The notes below the pieces were generated by a model. The model did not search any database and was not told the origin of the DNA. It worked only from the letters and a program-made list of their open reading frames with translations. DNA of 64,000 nt from Hypanus sabinus (Eukaryota): contig NC_082717.1 of assembly GCF_030144855.1 (NCBI RefSeq), positions 4,216,001-4,280,000 of the forward strand, in the 5' to 3' direction. Position numbers and translations under genes: made by a program. Shown here one piece after another: positions 1 to 14,168 of the stretch (within the stretch, counting starts at the first letter, position 1; every line of letters begins with the position of its first letter).

Positions 1-140
1 TAGATGAGGAAAGTATATTTCCCATAGTGGGTAAGCCAAGAAGAGGGCAAAGCCTCAGGATAGAAGGGCATCCATTTAAAACAGAGATACGGAGAAATTT
101 CTTTAATCAGAGGGTGGTAAATTGGTGGAATTTATTACCA

Positions 141-2190
141 TATAACATAACCATATAACCATATAACAATCACAGCACAGAAACAGGCCATCTTGGCCCT
201 CCTAGTCCGTGCCGAACTCTTAATCTCACCTAGTCCCACCTACCCGCACTCAGCCCATAACCCTCCACTCCTTTCCTGTCCATATACCTATCCAATTTTA
301 CCTTAAATGACACAACTGAACTGGCCTCTACTACTTCTACAGGAAGCTCATTCCACACAGCTATCACTCTCTGAGTAAAGAAATACCCTCTTGTGTTTCC
401 CTTAAATTTCTGCCCCCTAACTCTCAAATCATGTCCTTTCATTTGAATCTCCCCTACTCTCAATGGAAACAGCCTATCTATTCCTCTCAAAATTTTAAAT
501 ACCTTGATCAAATCCCCCCTCAACCTTCTATGCTCCAATGAATAGAGACCTAACTTGTTCAACCTTTCTCTGTAACTTAAGTGCTGAAACCCAGGTAACA
601 TCCTAGTAAATCGTCTCTGCACTCTCTAATTTATATCTTTCCTATAATTCGGTGACCAGAAATTCATGCAATATTCCAAATTTGGCCTTACCAATGCCTT
701 GCACAATTTTAACATTACATCCCAACTTCTGTACTCAATGCTTTCATTTATAAAGGCCAGCATTCCAAAAGCCTTCTTCACCACCCTATCTACATGAGAC
801 TCCACCTTCAGGGAACTATGCACTGTTATTCCTAGATCTCTCTGTTCCTCTGCATTCCTCAATGCCCTACCATTTACCCTGTATGTTCTATTTGGATTAT
901 TCCTGCCAAAATGTAGAACCTCACACTTCTCAGCATTAAACTCCATCTGCCAATATTCAGCCCATTCTTCTAACTGGCATAAATCTCCCTGCAAGCTTTG
1001 AAAACCCACCTCATTATCCACAACACCTCCTACCTTAGTATCATCGGCATACTTACTAATCCAATTTACCACCCCATCATCCAGATCATTTATATATATT
1101 ACAAACAACATTGGGCCCAAAACAGATCCCTGAGGCACCCCGCTAGTCACCGGCCTCCATCCCGATAAACAATTATCCACCACTACTCTCTGGCATCTCC
1201 CATCTAGCCACTGTTGAATCCATTTTATTACTCCAGCATTAATACCTAACGACTGAACCTTCTTAACTAACCTTCCATGTGGAACTTTGTCAAAGGCTTG
1301 AAGTCCATATAGACTACGTCCACTGCCTTACCCTCGTCAACATTCCTCGTAACTTCTTCCAAAAATTCAATAAGGTTTGTCAAATATGACCTTCCATGCA
1401 CAAATCCATGCTGGCTACTCCTAATCAGATCCTGTCTATCCAGATAATTATTAATACTATCTCTAAGAATACTTTCCATTAATTTACCCACCACTGATGT
1501 CAAACTGACAGGTCTATAATTGCTAGGCTTACTTCTAGAACCCTTTTTAAACAATGGAACCGCATGAGCAATACGCCAATCCTCCGACACAATTCCCGTT
1601 TCTAATGGCATCTTAAAGATCTCCGTCAGAGCTCCTGCTATTTCTACACAAACTTCCCTCAAGGTCCTGGGGAATATCCTGTCAGGATTCGGAGATTTAT
1701 CCACTTTTAAATTTCTTAAAAACACCAGTACTTCCACCTCTTTAATTGTCATAGGTTCCATAACTTCCTTACTTGTTTCCCACACCTTACACAATTTAAT
1801 ATCCTTCTCCTTAGTGAATACCGAAGAGAAGAAATTGTTCAAAATCTCTCCCATCTCCCTCGGCTCCACACATAACTGACCACTCTGATTCTCCAAGGGG
1901 CCAATTTTATCCCTCACTATCCTCTTGCTTTTAATATAACTGTAGAAACCTTTCGGATTTACTTTCACCTTATTTGCCAAACCGACCTCGTATTTTCTTT
2001 TAGCTTTTCTAATCTCTTTCTTAAGATTCCTTTTACATTCTTTATATTCCTTGAGCAATTCCTTTACTCCATGCTGCCTATATCTATTGTAGACATCCCT
2101 CTTTTTCCGAACCAAATTTCTAATATCCCTTGAAAACCATGGTGCTTTCAAACCTTTAACCTTTCCTTTCACCCTAACAGGATCATGAAG
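141..2190 (-). mobile_element. 5'-truncated CR1 (HER1-type) LINE inserted into an older plus-strand CR1 3' end
   Basis: RT motifs (GVPQGSVLGP, YADD, LVRPNLEYC) in ORFs 230-622, 626-1183 and 1267-2170. 8-bp tandem 3' tail (ATAACCAT on +). TSD ATTACCA at 134-140 and 2191-2197; the host CR1 reads through when the insert is removed. Confidence 0.9.
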
Positions 2191-2790
2191 ATTACCACAG
2201 GCAGATGTGGAGGCCAGGTCATTGGGTGTATTTAAGGCAGAGATTGATAGGTTCTTAGTTGGACATGCATCAAAGGTTATGGGGAGAAGGCCGGGTACTG
2301 CGGATGAGGAGGAGAAGAAAGGGTCAACCATGAACGAGTGGTGGAGCAGACTAGATGGGCCAAATGGCCTAATTCTGCTCCTATGTCCATGGTCTTATGG
2401 CCTTAAAACACTGAGAACTACAGTGAAATCCTTTGTTTGTATGAATAATCACAGTGCGAGGATGTGCTGGGTCACTGTGCTTCCCAGTATATCATGTACA
2501 CAACTCACCAAACCTCAGTTCTTGTAACTGTGGGAAGAAACCAGAACACCCGGAGGAAACCCAATCGGTCACGGACAGAATTGACAAACTCCTTACGGGC
2601 AGTGGCGAGAAGTAGCTGCAGGATTTTCCGGGAGATCATAAATCCCATGTTCCTGGATCAATGGACCAGCTCTCTGGATACCAGTCCAGTAACAACCACA
2701 ATGTTACTGCAGCTGGAAGTAGTGCAGAAAAAGGCTGAATGAGGACAGAGATGAGGGTAATTACTGTGGAGGGAGACTCTGCAGGAGACT

Positions 2791-4271
2791 GTGGGAGTTT
2801 CAATTTTTATTGACTCCTCTATTCCATTTGTTCAACATGATATTTTTTCGGATCCGAATGGTAGATTTTTGTTAATTATGGGTTTACTTTGTAATAAAAA
2901 GGTTGCTTTGGTTAATGTTTATGCTCCAAATGTGGATTGTCCTGACTTTTTAAGTCCTTATTTACCTCTTTACCCAATGTGAATATAAGTTAATAATGGG
3001 TGGTGATTTTAATTGCTGTTTAAATCCTTTGATGGATAAATCTTTATCTATTCAGACTTTACCTAATAAGTCGGCCACTTGTATTAATTCTTCTTTGACT
3101 GACAATGGAGTTTTTGATGTTTGGAGATTTCAGCATCCTAATGCCAAAGAGTTTTCTTTTTTTCTCACATGTTTATCACTCTTATTCGAGAATTGATTAT
3201 TTTTTTGTGGACTCTTGTTTTATTCCATTGGTAATTGGTTGTAACTATGATATTATCGCTATCTCTGATCATGCTCCATTATTACTTTCTATGAAATTTA
3301 CGGATACAGCTTCTAATGCCAGACAATGGCGATTTGACTCTACCTTATTGCAAGACTCAGACTTTATAAAATTTATGAAGGAGCAGATCGATTTCTTCTT
3401 TTCAACTAATTCTACAGATGATATCTCCTGCGGAACACTTTGGGACACTTTTAAAGCGTATATACGTGGACAGATTATTTCTTATTCTGTTGGTTTGAGA
3501 AAACGTACTAAGATGGAAACTCTTTTATTGGTTGATAAAATTAAAGAGACTGATAAGAAATATTTGATTGCTCCTAGTAAGGAGCTTTACAAACAAAGGG
3601 TTGAAATTCAAATGGAACATAGTTTATTACTTACATCCTCGATTGAAAATCAATTAATGAAAACTAGATCTGATTTTTATATACATAGTGATAAATCTGG
3701 TAAACTGTTAGCTAGTCAATTGAAGAATGCTTTGGTTAAACGTCAAATCACTAAGATTTGTCAGCAGAATGGGAATTTGACAGTTAATCATGATGAGATA
3801 AATAAGGCATTTCAAGACTTCTATACCTCCCTGTATCAATCTGAATTTCCTCAAGATCATAATACCATGTCTGATTTTCTTGGGAAATTAAATTTTCCAA
3901 GATTATCATCTGATGATCTTTCAATATTGGATATTCCTATTACGGATGTAGAAATTAAAGGAGCTATTTCCTCAATGAATTCTGGGAAAGCACCGGGTCC
4001 AGATGGTTATACAGTTGAATTTTTAAAAATTTTTTCCGCTACTCTTTCCCCTTGGTTATGTAAGGTTTTTGAGGAAGCCATTAGATTGGGGAATTTGCCA
4101 CAATCTTTTTAAAGAGCTTCCATTTCTCTAATAGTGAAGAAAGATAAAGACCCTTCTAACTGTGCTTCCTATAGACCAATATCTTTATTGAATGTAGACT
4201 CCAAGATTTTTTCCAAGTTACTGGCATCCAGATTGGAGAAGGTATTACCCAAAATTATTTCAGAAGATCAA
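2791..4271 (+). mobile_element. L1-clade LINE ORF2, 5' half (APE endonuclease to RT start), frameshifted
   Basis: VNVYAPN, MGGDFN, SRIDYF, SDHAP and GKAPGPDG motifs. Breaks at LPKIISEDQ, where a second L1 is inserted. Confidence 0.9.
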
Positions 4272-7200
4272 TGGAGACTTAATGCTACTTTACTTCAAGA
4301 TCCAGAATTTATTACCTTCATAAAACAACAAATTGACTTATTTTTTTCAACAAACTATAATGAAGAGATTGATAAAGGAATACTTTGGGACTCTTTCAAG
4401 GCTTTTATTCGTGGACAAATTATTTCATATTCCGCTGGTAAAAGAAAACAAAGATATTCAGATATAGCTTTATTGGTGGATAAAATTAAAGAAATTGATA
4501 AGATTTATTCCGTTACTCCTACCAAAGAACTTTATAAGAAGAGAGTTGAGCTTCAAATGGAACATAGTTTATTATTATCTTCTTCAATTGAGAATCAATT
4601 AATTAAGACTAGGGCTCAATTTTATATTCATAGTGATCGAACTGGTAAATTGTTAGCTAATCAATTAAAAGCTATTTCGACTAAGCGACAAATTATTAAA
4701 ATTCGTAAACAAGACGGTAATTTAACTACTGATTATAAAGAAATCAATAACACTTTTCAAGATTTTTATAAATCTTTATATCAATCAGAATTTGACGGTG
4801 ACCGGTTTATGATGGATAATTTTTTTAATAATTTGAATATTCCTAAACTGATAGATGAAGATTGTAGCTTGTTTGATGCTCCTATTTCTATGGATGAAAT
4901 AAGAGAGGCTATCTCATCAATGAATTCAGGGAAAGCTCCTGGTCCTGATGGTTTTATTGTAGAATTTTTTAAAACTTTTTCTTTATTGCTTTCTCCTTGG
5001 CTATGTGAAATCTTTAATGATGCGTTTGTTAAGAAGAGATTACCTCAATCGTTTTATGAAGCTACTATCTCTCTAATTCTTAAAAAAGATAAAGATCCTA
5101 CCTTATGTGCATCTTATCGCCCTATATCATTATTAAATGTAGACTCTAAGATTCTTACAAAAATTTTAGCCATTAGATTAGAAAAGGTATTACCACAGAT
5201 TATTTCAGAAGATCAAACTGGTTTTATTAGGAATCGATATTCCTTTTTTAATATTAGAAAATTGATTAACATAATTTATACTTCATCACCTACAACCCCA
5301 GAATGTGTTATCTCATTAGATGCTGAAAAAGCCTTTGATAGAGTTGAATGGACATATTTATTTAATGCATTGAGAAACTTTAATTTTAGTCCTAATTTTA
5401 TATCATGGATTAAATTAATATATTATAAACCTGTTGCTTCTGTTCTTACAAATAATTATAGATCCTCTTTTTTTCAATTATCTCGTGGTACGAGACAAGG
5501 TTGTCCTTTAAGTCCTTTATTATTTAATATTGCATTAGAACCTTTAGCTATTGCTATTCGTGAGTCTCCTAATATTTTTGGTATTACCCGTAATGAGAAG
5601 TTATACAAATTATCGCTTTATGCTGATGATTTGTTGTTATATATTTCTAATCCTAGTAGGTCTATTCCTGCTATTTTATCCTTGTTGGCTCAATTTGGTA
5701 GTTTTTCTGGTTATAAGTTAAACTTAGATAAGAGTGAGTTATTCCCTTTAAACGCGCAAACTTTATTGAGTGATAGGATGCCATTTAAAGTTGTTACTGA
5801 TAACTTTATCTATTTAGGTATAAAAATTACCAAGAAATATAAAGATTTATTTGGACTGAATTTTTTACCTATGCTTCATCAAATTCAGCAACTTACTACT
5901 AGATGGTCTCCCTTATTTTTATCATTAGTTGGTCGGATTAATGCTATTAAAATGATGATTTTACCGAAATTTTTATATTTATTCCAAGCTTTACCAATTT
6001 TTATTCCTAAATCTTTTTTTGATAATATTGATTCAAAGATTTCCTCATTTGTTTGGCAAAATAAAAATCCTAGGTTAAGCAAAAGGCAATTACAAAAGTC
6101 TAAAAAAGATGGTGGTCTAGCTTTACCTAACTTTAGATTTTATTATTGGGCGAATAATATTCGTAACCTAATGTACTGGAAACTAGATTTGGATTCACCT
6201 GTGTGCCCACAGTGGGTAAATTTGGAATGTAGTGAGGTTAAGGGATATTCTATATTTTCCGTTCTTGGTTCTTTTCTTCCTATTGATTTAGCCAAATTCA
6301 ATAAACAGATATCTAACCCTGTTGTTAAACATACACTACGAATTTGGTTTCAATTTCGCAAATTCTTTAATCTGAAAAACTTTGCTTTGGACAGCCCTAT
6401 TTTATGTAATTTTTTTTTTAAACCTTCATTGACAGATCAAGCTTTTAGTATATGGAAAAGGAAAGGTATAAAATGTTTTCGTGATCTTTTTTTTGAAGGT
6501 ACTTTGATGTCCTTTGATCAACTATCCAACAAATTTGAATTACCTAAATCTAATTTTTTTAGATACTTACAAATTAGAAATTTCTTACATAAAATTCTTC
6601 CATCTTTTCCTAATTCAACTCCATCGGATTTTTCAGATTTGATTTTTACTTTTAATCCTTGTCAGAAGGGATTAGTAGCTTTTATTTATAACATGATTAT
6701 GAAGATACAGCCAGAAATATCGGATAGAATTAGACAAGAATGGGAAAAAGAACTTCGATGTAATATATCAACAGATAAATGGGAAAAAATTTTACAAATG
6801 GTTAATTCCTCCTCTATTTGTGCTAAACATGCTTTAATACAATTTAAAATTGTACATAGAGCTTATATGTCTAAAGATAAACTTGCCCGATTTTATTCGC
6901 ATATCAATCCTCAATGTGACAGATGTCACTTAGAAGTGGCTTCATTGACTCACATGTTTTGGACATGTCCCACTTTACATAACTATTGGAAGGACATTTT
7001 TGATGTCATTTCCTCAGTATGGAATATCGATTTACAACCCCATTTTATTACTGCAATTTTCGGTATACCAAATGAAGATGGCAATCAACTTTCCCCTTCA
7101 ATCAGACGAATGATTGCCTTTGTAACATTAATTGCCAGAAGGTCTATATTACAAAACTGGAAAGAAGTAAATCCTCCTACTACATTTCAGTGGTTCTCCC

Positions 7201-7700
7201 AAACTATTTCTTATTTGAGTTTGGAAAAAATCAGAAGCACTATCTTTGATTCTTCAATTAAATTTGAAGAAACCTGGGGACCATTTATTCGACACTTTCA
7301 TATGAATTAATTTGGCTTGTTTCAGATCCTTTTCTCTACTTATACTTGTTCAGGTATGGAGTTCTGGAGTTCTTTTCTTGACACCTTTATATATTTATAA
7401 AGTGTTATTATTGCCCATGTTAGTGTTAGTTTAGTATTTTTTTTCATTATATATTTTTTCTCATATATAATTTCAATTTTTTTTTTTCTCTTTTTTCGAC
7501 GATTATTTTTGTTTTTCATATATATTTACATAGACTTGATTGATTTATGCACCTTTTGTTGATGGATGTTTTAATAGGATATTATTATCCTATTACTAAT
7601 GTAATCTCAAGTTTATTGAATCTGTAATCTATTCATTATTTTGTGTTGTTTTTTTTTATATATGAAATTTAATAAAAAGATTGAAAAAGAAAGAAAAGAA
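4272..7700 (+). mobile_element. Younger 5'-truncated L1 with uninterrupted ORF2 (RT and C-terminal zinc knuckle), T-rich 3' UTR and A/GAAA tail
   Basis: Open frame from QWRLNATLLQD to the stop at 7310 (GTRQGCPLSP, LYADD, CDRC..HMFWTC). TSD AGAAGATCAA at 4262-4271 and 7701-7710. Confidence 0.92.
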
Positions 7701-10258
7701 AGAAGATCAAACTGGTTTTATTAAAAATCACTATTCTTTTTTTAACATTTGGAGATTATTGAATATTGTTTATACTCCCTCACATGACACTTCAGAATGC
7801 GTGATTTCATTAGATGCGGAGAAAGCATTTGATAGAGTTGAATGGCCTTACTTATTTAATGTGTTGGAGAAGTTTAATTTTAGTCCGATATTCATATCAT
7901 GGATTAAATTGATTTATCACACTCCAGTAGCTTCAGTGTTTACCAATAATCAAAGATCTCCCTTTTTTCGCCTATTTCGGGGCACTAGACAAGGGTGTCC
8001 TCTTAGTCCATTACTAGTTAACATTGCCTTAGAACCTTTGGCAATTGCCATCAGACAATCACAGCATATTTTGGGTATTAATCGTGGGACAGACATTCAT
8101 AAGTTATCTTTGTATGCAGATGATTTATTACTATTCATTTCTAACCCGGAGAAATCTATCCCAGCAGTTTTATCATTATTGGCTCAATTTACTGAGTTTT
8201 CTGGGTATAAGTTAAATCTTAATAAAAGTGAATTGTTTCCTTTGAATAGACAGGTCCCAATTTATGGAAATTTACCTAGTTAATGATTCTTTTATTTATT
8301 TAGGGATCAAAATCACAAAAAACCATAAAGATTTATTTAGATTTAATTTTTTACCCTTAATTGATCAGATTAAAGGTTTGTTTACTAAGTGGTCACCATT
8401 ATCTTTATCCCTAATAGGTAGGATTAATGCTATTAAGATGGTTATTTTACCTAAGATTTTATATATTTTTCAAGCGATACCAATTTTTATTCCGAAATCT
8501 TTTTTTACTAATGTTGATTCAAAAATTTCTTCATATATATGGCAGAATAAAAATCCCAGGTTAGGTAAAATATATTTACAGAAGACAAAAAAGGAAGGCG
8601 GGTTAGCATTACCTAATTTCAGATTTTATTATTGGGCAGTTAATATTAGATACTTGTTATGCTGGTTGAAAGATTGGGGTGGATCTTTCGGCCCTCGTTG
8701 GGTGAGTTTAGAAATTAAATCTGTATCAGCTTATGCTCTGGGTTCTATTTTAGGGACTTCTCTCCCTTTTGCTCTTTCTAAATTGCTGAAACGAATTGAC
8801 AACCCGATAGTTAAACATACTTTACGTATATGGTTTCAATTTCGGAGATTTTTTGGGTTGACTCAATTCGTTTTAAATAGTCCTATTGTATCTAATTGTT
8901 TTTTCCACCCTTCCATTATAGATCAAGCTTATTCGGCTTGGAAAACTAAGGGATTACTAAGATTTTCTGATTTATTTTTGGACAATTGTTTTATGTCTTT
9001 TGAGCAATTATCCAACAAATATAACTTGCCTAGATTTCATTTTTTTAGATATTTACAGATTAGACATTGTTTAAGTTCTGTACTCCCTATGTTTCCAAAT
9101 TTTGTGCCTTCAGATATTTTGGAGAGTTTATTTGAATTAGACCCTTTTCAAAATGGGCTTATTTCAAAACTTTATAATATAATTATGAAGATACGTTCAG
9201 AGCCCCTTTGTAAGACCAAAAAGGATTGGGAAAGAGAGCTTAACCTTATTATTTCTAGTGAGAATTGGGATAGAATTCTTCAATTAGTTAATACATCATC
9301 GATATGTGCCAAACATTCATTAATACAATTTAAGGTCGTACATAGGGCCCATATGTCCAAGAATAAATTAGCTCATTTTTACTCTTATATTAGTCCTATC
9401 TGTGATAGATGTCAATCTGAAATTGTGTCTTTAACTCATATGTTTTGGTCTTGTTCATTTTTGGAAAAATATTGGAAAGATATTTTTGATATTATTTCTG
9501 CGGTTTTGAATATTGATTTACAACCTCATCCTATTACCGCAATTTTTGGTTTACCAATGTTAGACTCACTGCATTTATCTTCTTCTGCCTGTTGAATGAT
9601 TGCATTTCTAACTCTGATGGCTAGAAGATCTATATTGTTGAATTGGAAGGAAATTAATCCTCCCACTGTATTTAATCAGTTCTCTCAAGCTATGTTATGT
9701 TTAAATTTAGAAAAAATTAGAAGTGGTGTTTTTGAGACTTCTATTAAATTTGAAAAGTTATGGAGACCATTTATTCAACATTTTCATATGATGTAATATG
9801 ACTCTGCTCCAAGTTCATTTGATTTCCCAGCTTTTAGCTTATGTATGTTGAGAGAACCAGAAGTGACGGCGTTGATGAATATTTATTCTTGTGAGATATT
9901 ATAAACAGCCCCCCTTTTTTTTTCTCTTTTTTTTCTTTTTTTTGCTTCTTTTTTCTTCTATATTAGTTATTAGTTATTAGATTAGTAGATTAGCTAATTT
10001 TGCATTATATATATTTTTAAATTGTTTTTTCTTTCTTTTTTCTATTTTTTTTATATCATATATTATGAAATATTTAGACTTACCATGTTCATACATATGT
10101 TGTATGGTTTATATCTTGGTAAACTCATTTATATTGTAACTATTGTTTATGTTTTTTTTCATATGTAATGGAATGTGTATGTTGGTAATTTCTTTATCAA
10201 TATATCATTTGTATTGTGTCCATATTACTAATAATAATAAAAAGATTTAGAAAGAAAA
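7701..10258 (+). mobile_element. 3' half of the interrupted L1 (RT, zinc knuckle, 3' UTR)
   Basis: Resumes at EDQTGFIKNH, exactly where the 2791-4271 piece stops. ORFs 7681-8283, 8264-9595 and 9596-9796; tail aataataaaagatttagaaagaaaag. Confidence 0.88.
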
Positions 10259-10679
10259 GGGAGTGAGAGGAACCTATTGGGACAGTGTGAGACCAGATAA
10301 CCACATTCTCCACCAGCTGGGGTTAATTTAACATTTAATAGACAAATTCAATATCATGCCATATTATACAGATTTATTAATACATGCCCACTGTCATTTG
10401 TTTCTTCTCCATGTATTGCATCGTACTGCTGCCGTGAAGTGAATCTCACTCTCGCAGTCGGCAGTGCAAAGCACTGTGCTAATGGCTATGCTTACGTGCT
10501 GCCCTCTGGGCTTGTCACGAGGCCTCCGTTGGTCAGGGTTGACCACAGATGTTGAGTCCTAACTGTCTACGTTGTTGCTGTTGTGCCAGGTCAGTACGAT
10601 ATGGAGAGTGAGCTGCTGCCCGTGCAGCTGTCTCCCCGTCTCCACACAGTACGTACACAACGTATAGAGTGACTTCGGA

Positions 10680-11500
10680 TTCCCTTTAATCCTCCTTGTC
10701 AAAGACTTTTCATGGCCTCTCCTGGCTCTCCTAATCCTTTCTTGAATTCTCCTCCAGATTCCTCATAATTCTTAAGAGCCCTGTTCGATATTAGTTCCTT
10801 AAACTGACATATACTTCCTTTTTCTGACTAAATTCACCATCTCTCTCAACATCTAAGGGTATTTTATCTTGCCATCCTTGTTCTTCCTCCTTACCAGAAC
10901 ATCCCTGTCCTGTACGCTGTGCAGTTAGTCATTAAACACCCTCCACATTTCACATGTGGACTTGCCCAAAAACAGCTATTCCCAATGAACTCTCCCTAGC
11001 TCCTGAGGAATGCTCTTGTAATTTGCCCTTCTGCAGTTTAATACTCTCCCACAAGGTCCATGCTAGCACTTAAACCTGCTCACCCACCACCTGGCCAGAC
11101 CCATTACCCAACACCAGGTCCTGTACAGACCCTCCTCTTGATGGACTATCTACACCCTCTTGCAGACAGCTAATAAATTCTTCCCCATGTAAAACCTCTT
11201 TGCAGAAAGGAGCTCCCAGTCCAAATTAGGGAATTTGAAGTCTCCCAAGGCAACAACCATGTTGTTTTTAGACATTTCTCTGATCCGTCTGCACACTTGT
11301 TCCTTCGTGTCTATTGGGGATGTGGGTGTGTAATATGATCCTAACACAGTGATTGGATTTTTCACATTTTTCACTCCTACACATACAGACTCAGTGGGTG
11401 AGCTCTCCATTCTGCCCCCTGGGAGTGTAGCTGTGATTTTGTTACTACTGAGCCAGTAGTACAGGCAGGTCCTGGGCATCTCTGAAGCAGGCAGTCTGAC
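10680..11500 (-). mobile_element. Degenerate CR1 endonuclease-region fragment
   Basis: ORF 11150-11479 contains VLGSYYTP..VVALGDFKFPNLDWE, the CR1 APE motif GDFNFP-IDW. Confidence 0.7.
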
Positions 11501-11639
11501 AAGGTAGTTACAATGAATGTTATTCAGAAAAAGAGGCTTAGTTTAAAAATACTGATAGAGATAGTCAGCTGCCATACGTTCCTCTGGCCTACAGGGAACT
11601 TCGAGACCCACCATACTCTCAGGATGTCTCCTCTCTGTT

Positions 11640-12776
11640 GCTCTCTGGCTCAGTAGCAACCCGCTCAGGAGCAAGATCCTCTGGTTGCCCCTTGTCCTTA
11701 ACCCAGGGCCGCATGGTCAAAGTTCAGGGCGGTGGAGTTTTCTAGGGGACCGGAAGGAATCAACTGGTACGACTGTATACACAGGCTTACCAGTGTTCAA
11801 CTGTGTATTTACACAGTGGGGAATGGAATGCCAGAGATCCTGAATCTTATGGCAGCCTGTGTGTTGCCAATTCCACACTAACACTAACTGTCGTGGGTGC
11901 GGCTCTACATCGGTGTGGGCTGCCCGGCGCACTGACAACGCAACTCTGCTGCCTTTTCCAGCCGTTGGGCCTCCGTCCAAAGAGCGGAAAATATGGAGAA
12001 TACCCAGTGCTTTGATGTTCCATGGTGTTATAGGAAAAGACAATCTCAGACACGTACTCCACCCCTTTCTTCTTCTTCTGAGGGGACAGGGTGTGAATGA
12101 TGTCGTAAAGAATCTGGTTAAACTGTTCACATTGCCTATTGCCCTTTGGGTGATATGGAGTGTTAATGATGTTGTGAAGTGTCTCCTTAAATCGTTCATA
12201 TTACCCATTGCCCTGCGGGTGATATGGAGTTGTTCTCTCCAGACAGGAGAGTTTACACAGGGTCTGTTCCAGCTCACTTTTGAAACACCTCCCTTGGTCC
12301 GAGTGTATCTGAGCTGGCTCCCCATGTGGCTGTGTCCAGGGCCTCACCAAGCAGGCGGCTACAGTGGCAGCCCGCTGGTCATGTGTTGGCACAGTGACAG
12401 GAAACTTGGAGAATGCATCTGTCAAAACCAGCACATTCTCCTGCCCTTCAAGCACTGTGAAGTCCATTGCCACCACGTCCAATGGCCTGGATGCCAATGA
12501 ACTGCCCATTGCTGTTACTACTTTGGGTTGCAGGGCTTTAGACACAGTGCATCTCTCACAGGACCAGCAGAACTCCTCACCATCACGATTCGTGTCCGAC
12601 CAGTAACATCTCCCACTAACCCACCACAATGTCCTCTTCACCTCCTGGTGTACATGGTACCCGTGCCTTTGGGTCCTCACTTGTTCCCGTAGGGAGGCTG
12701 AAACCATGAGTTGCCTCTGGCTGCACTCTCCTTTGGCCTCTCGTTGACGATACAAAACCCGTTCAGAGTGTATCAC
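11640..12776 (-). mobile_element. Gypsy LTR-retrotransposon integrase fragment
   Basis: HHCC-like region (CYW...CWSCERC), RPLDVVAMDF, VLTDAFSK, IHSDQG, TTPYHPQGNG, then FSYNT..HQSTGYSPY; frameshifted. Confidence 0.88.
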
Positions 12777-14010
12777 CCGATGCCACGGCTTCAGCAGGTC
12801 CAGCGTTCACGGCCCCTCCACCAGCCGCTCCTGCTGGCCCAGTGTATCCAGAGATACCGGCCATGTGACCAATGCACTGCCACCTGGCTGGTCGGAGGAC
12901 ACACCACACGCCAATCAACACTTGGTGCACTGCCACCTGGCTGGTCGGAGGACACACCACACGCCAATCAACACTTGGTGCACTGCCACCTGGCTGGTCG
13001 GAGAACACACCACATGCCAATCAACACTTGGTGCACTGCCACCTGGCTGGTCGGAGGACACACCACATGCCAATCAACACTTGGTGCACTGCCACCTGGC
13101 TGGTCAGAGGTCACACCACATGCCAATCAACACTTGGTGCACTGCCACCTGGCTGGTCGGAGGACACACCACATGCCAATCAACACTTGGTGCACTGCCA
13201 CCTGGCTGGTCAGAGGACACACCACATGCCAATCAACACTTGGTGCACTGCCACCTGGCTGGTTGGAGGACACACCACACGCCAATCAACACTTGGTGCA
13301 CTGCCACCTGGCTGGTCAGAGGACACACCACATGCCAATCAACCCTTGGTGCACTGCCACCTGGCTGGTCGGAGGACACACCACATGCCAATCAACACTT
13401 GGTGCACTGCCACCTGGCTGGTCGGAGGACACACCACATGCCAATCAACATTTGGTGCACTGCCACCTGGCTGGTCGGAGGACACACCACATGCCAATCA
13501 ACACTTGGTGCACTGCCACCTGGCTGGTTGGAGGACACACCACACGCCAATCAACACTTGGTGCATTGCCACCTGGCTGGTCGGAGGACACACCACATGT
13601 CAATCAACACTTGGTCCCTCCCAAGTAATCAATGCACACCTAAATTATTGGTCACCTTAATTGGATTATCTCGCCCAACCCCATGCTATAAAAGGTGAGA
13701 CTTGTCCCTGGATCGGCCTCTCATACAGACCATCTCATTGGAGGTAAGTTCATTGACTTATGTTTGGGAAGGTCTATCGTTTGTCCTGGTTAGGGAGCTG
13801 CGGCTATCCAAGGTCAAGGGGGATAGCTGTTGTAGTGCTTTTCCCTTGTTCTTTGTATGTGTAACGGTACCCTGTACCCATACTCCCTCCTGTGTATTGT
13901 AGTTGCTTGTGTTGACCCGACTTCCCCTTTAATAATAAATTCCTTATTATTAAAACTGTGTGTCCAGGCCTCTACTGTTGAGACTCAAAGAACCAGTTAT
14001 TTCCATCACA
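12770..14010 (+). mobile_element. Solo LTR-like element containing the 53-bp array
   Basis: TATAAAA at 13687-13693, AATAAA at 13934-13939, 3' end ...CATCACA. The 5' boundary is approximate and no TSD was identified. Confidence 0.55.
12873..13615. repeat. Minisatellite, 53-bp unit x14
   Basis: Unit TGCACTGCCACCTGGCTGGTCGGAGGACACACCACATGCCAATCAACACTTGG; period checked at 12873/12926. It explains the repetitive ORFs 12711-13698. Confidence 0.95.
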
Positions 14011-14168
14011 ACACCCAGTAAGAAAGGAAGGCTGACATAAAGGATCAGCCCGTTGAAGGTTGACCAGGGAATCTCTACTGTAGGTATGGAAGCTACTGGT
14101 GACCTCAAAGTCTAAACCTGGGGTCATCATTTGCTCTTCATTGACTGCTATTCATTAGGTCAGGCAAA

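Noticed and set aside
4134-7310. 1058-aa host gene
   Set aside because: It is L1 ORF2, and a chimera of two nested copies.
10480-10660. Structured RNA or HDV-like ribozyme in a GC-rich repeat fragment
   Set aside because: It looks like a fragment of a dispersed repeat (related sequence at ~18960-19200), and I could not build the nested pseudoknot by eye.
12873-13615. CRISPR-like array or repetitive protein ORFs (260-305 aa)
   Set aside because: Units are contiguous with no unique spacers, the context is eukaryotic, and the ORFs are by-products of a stop-poor 53-bp unit.
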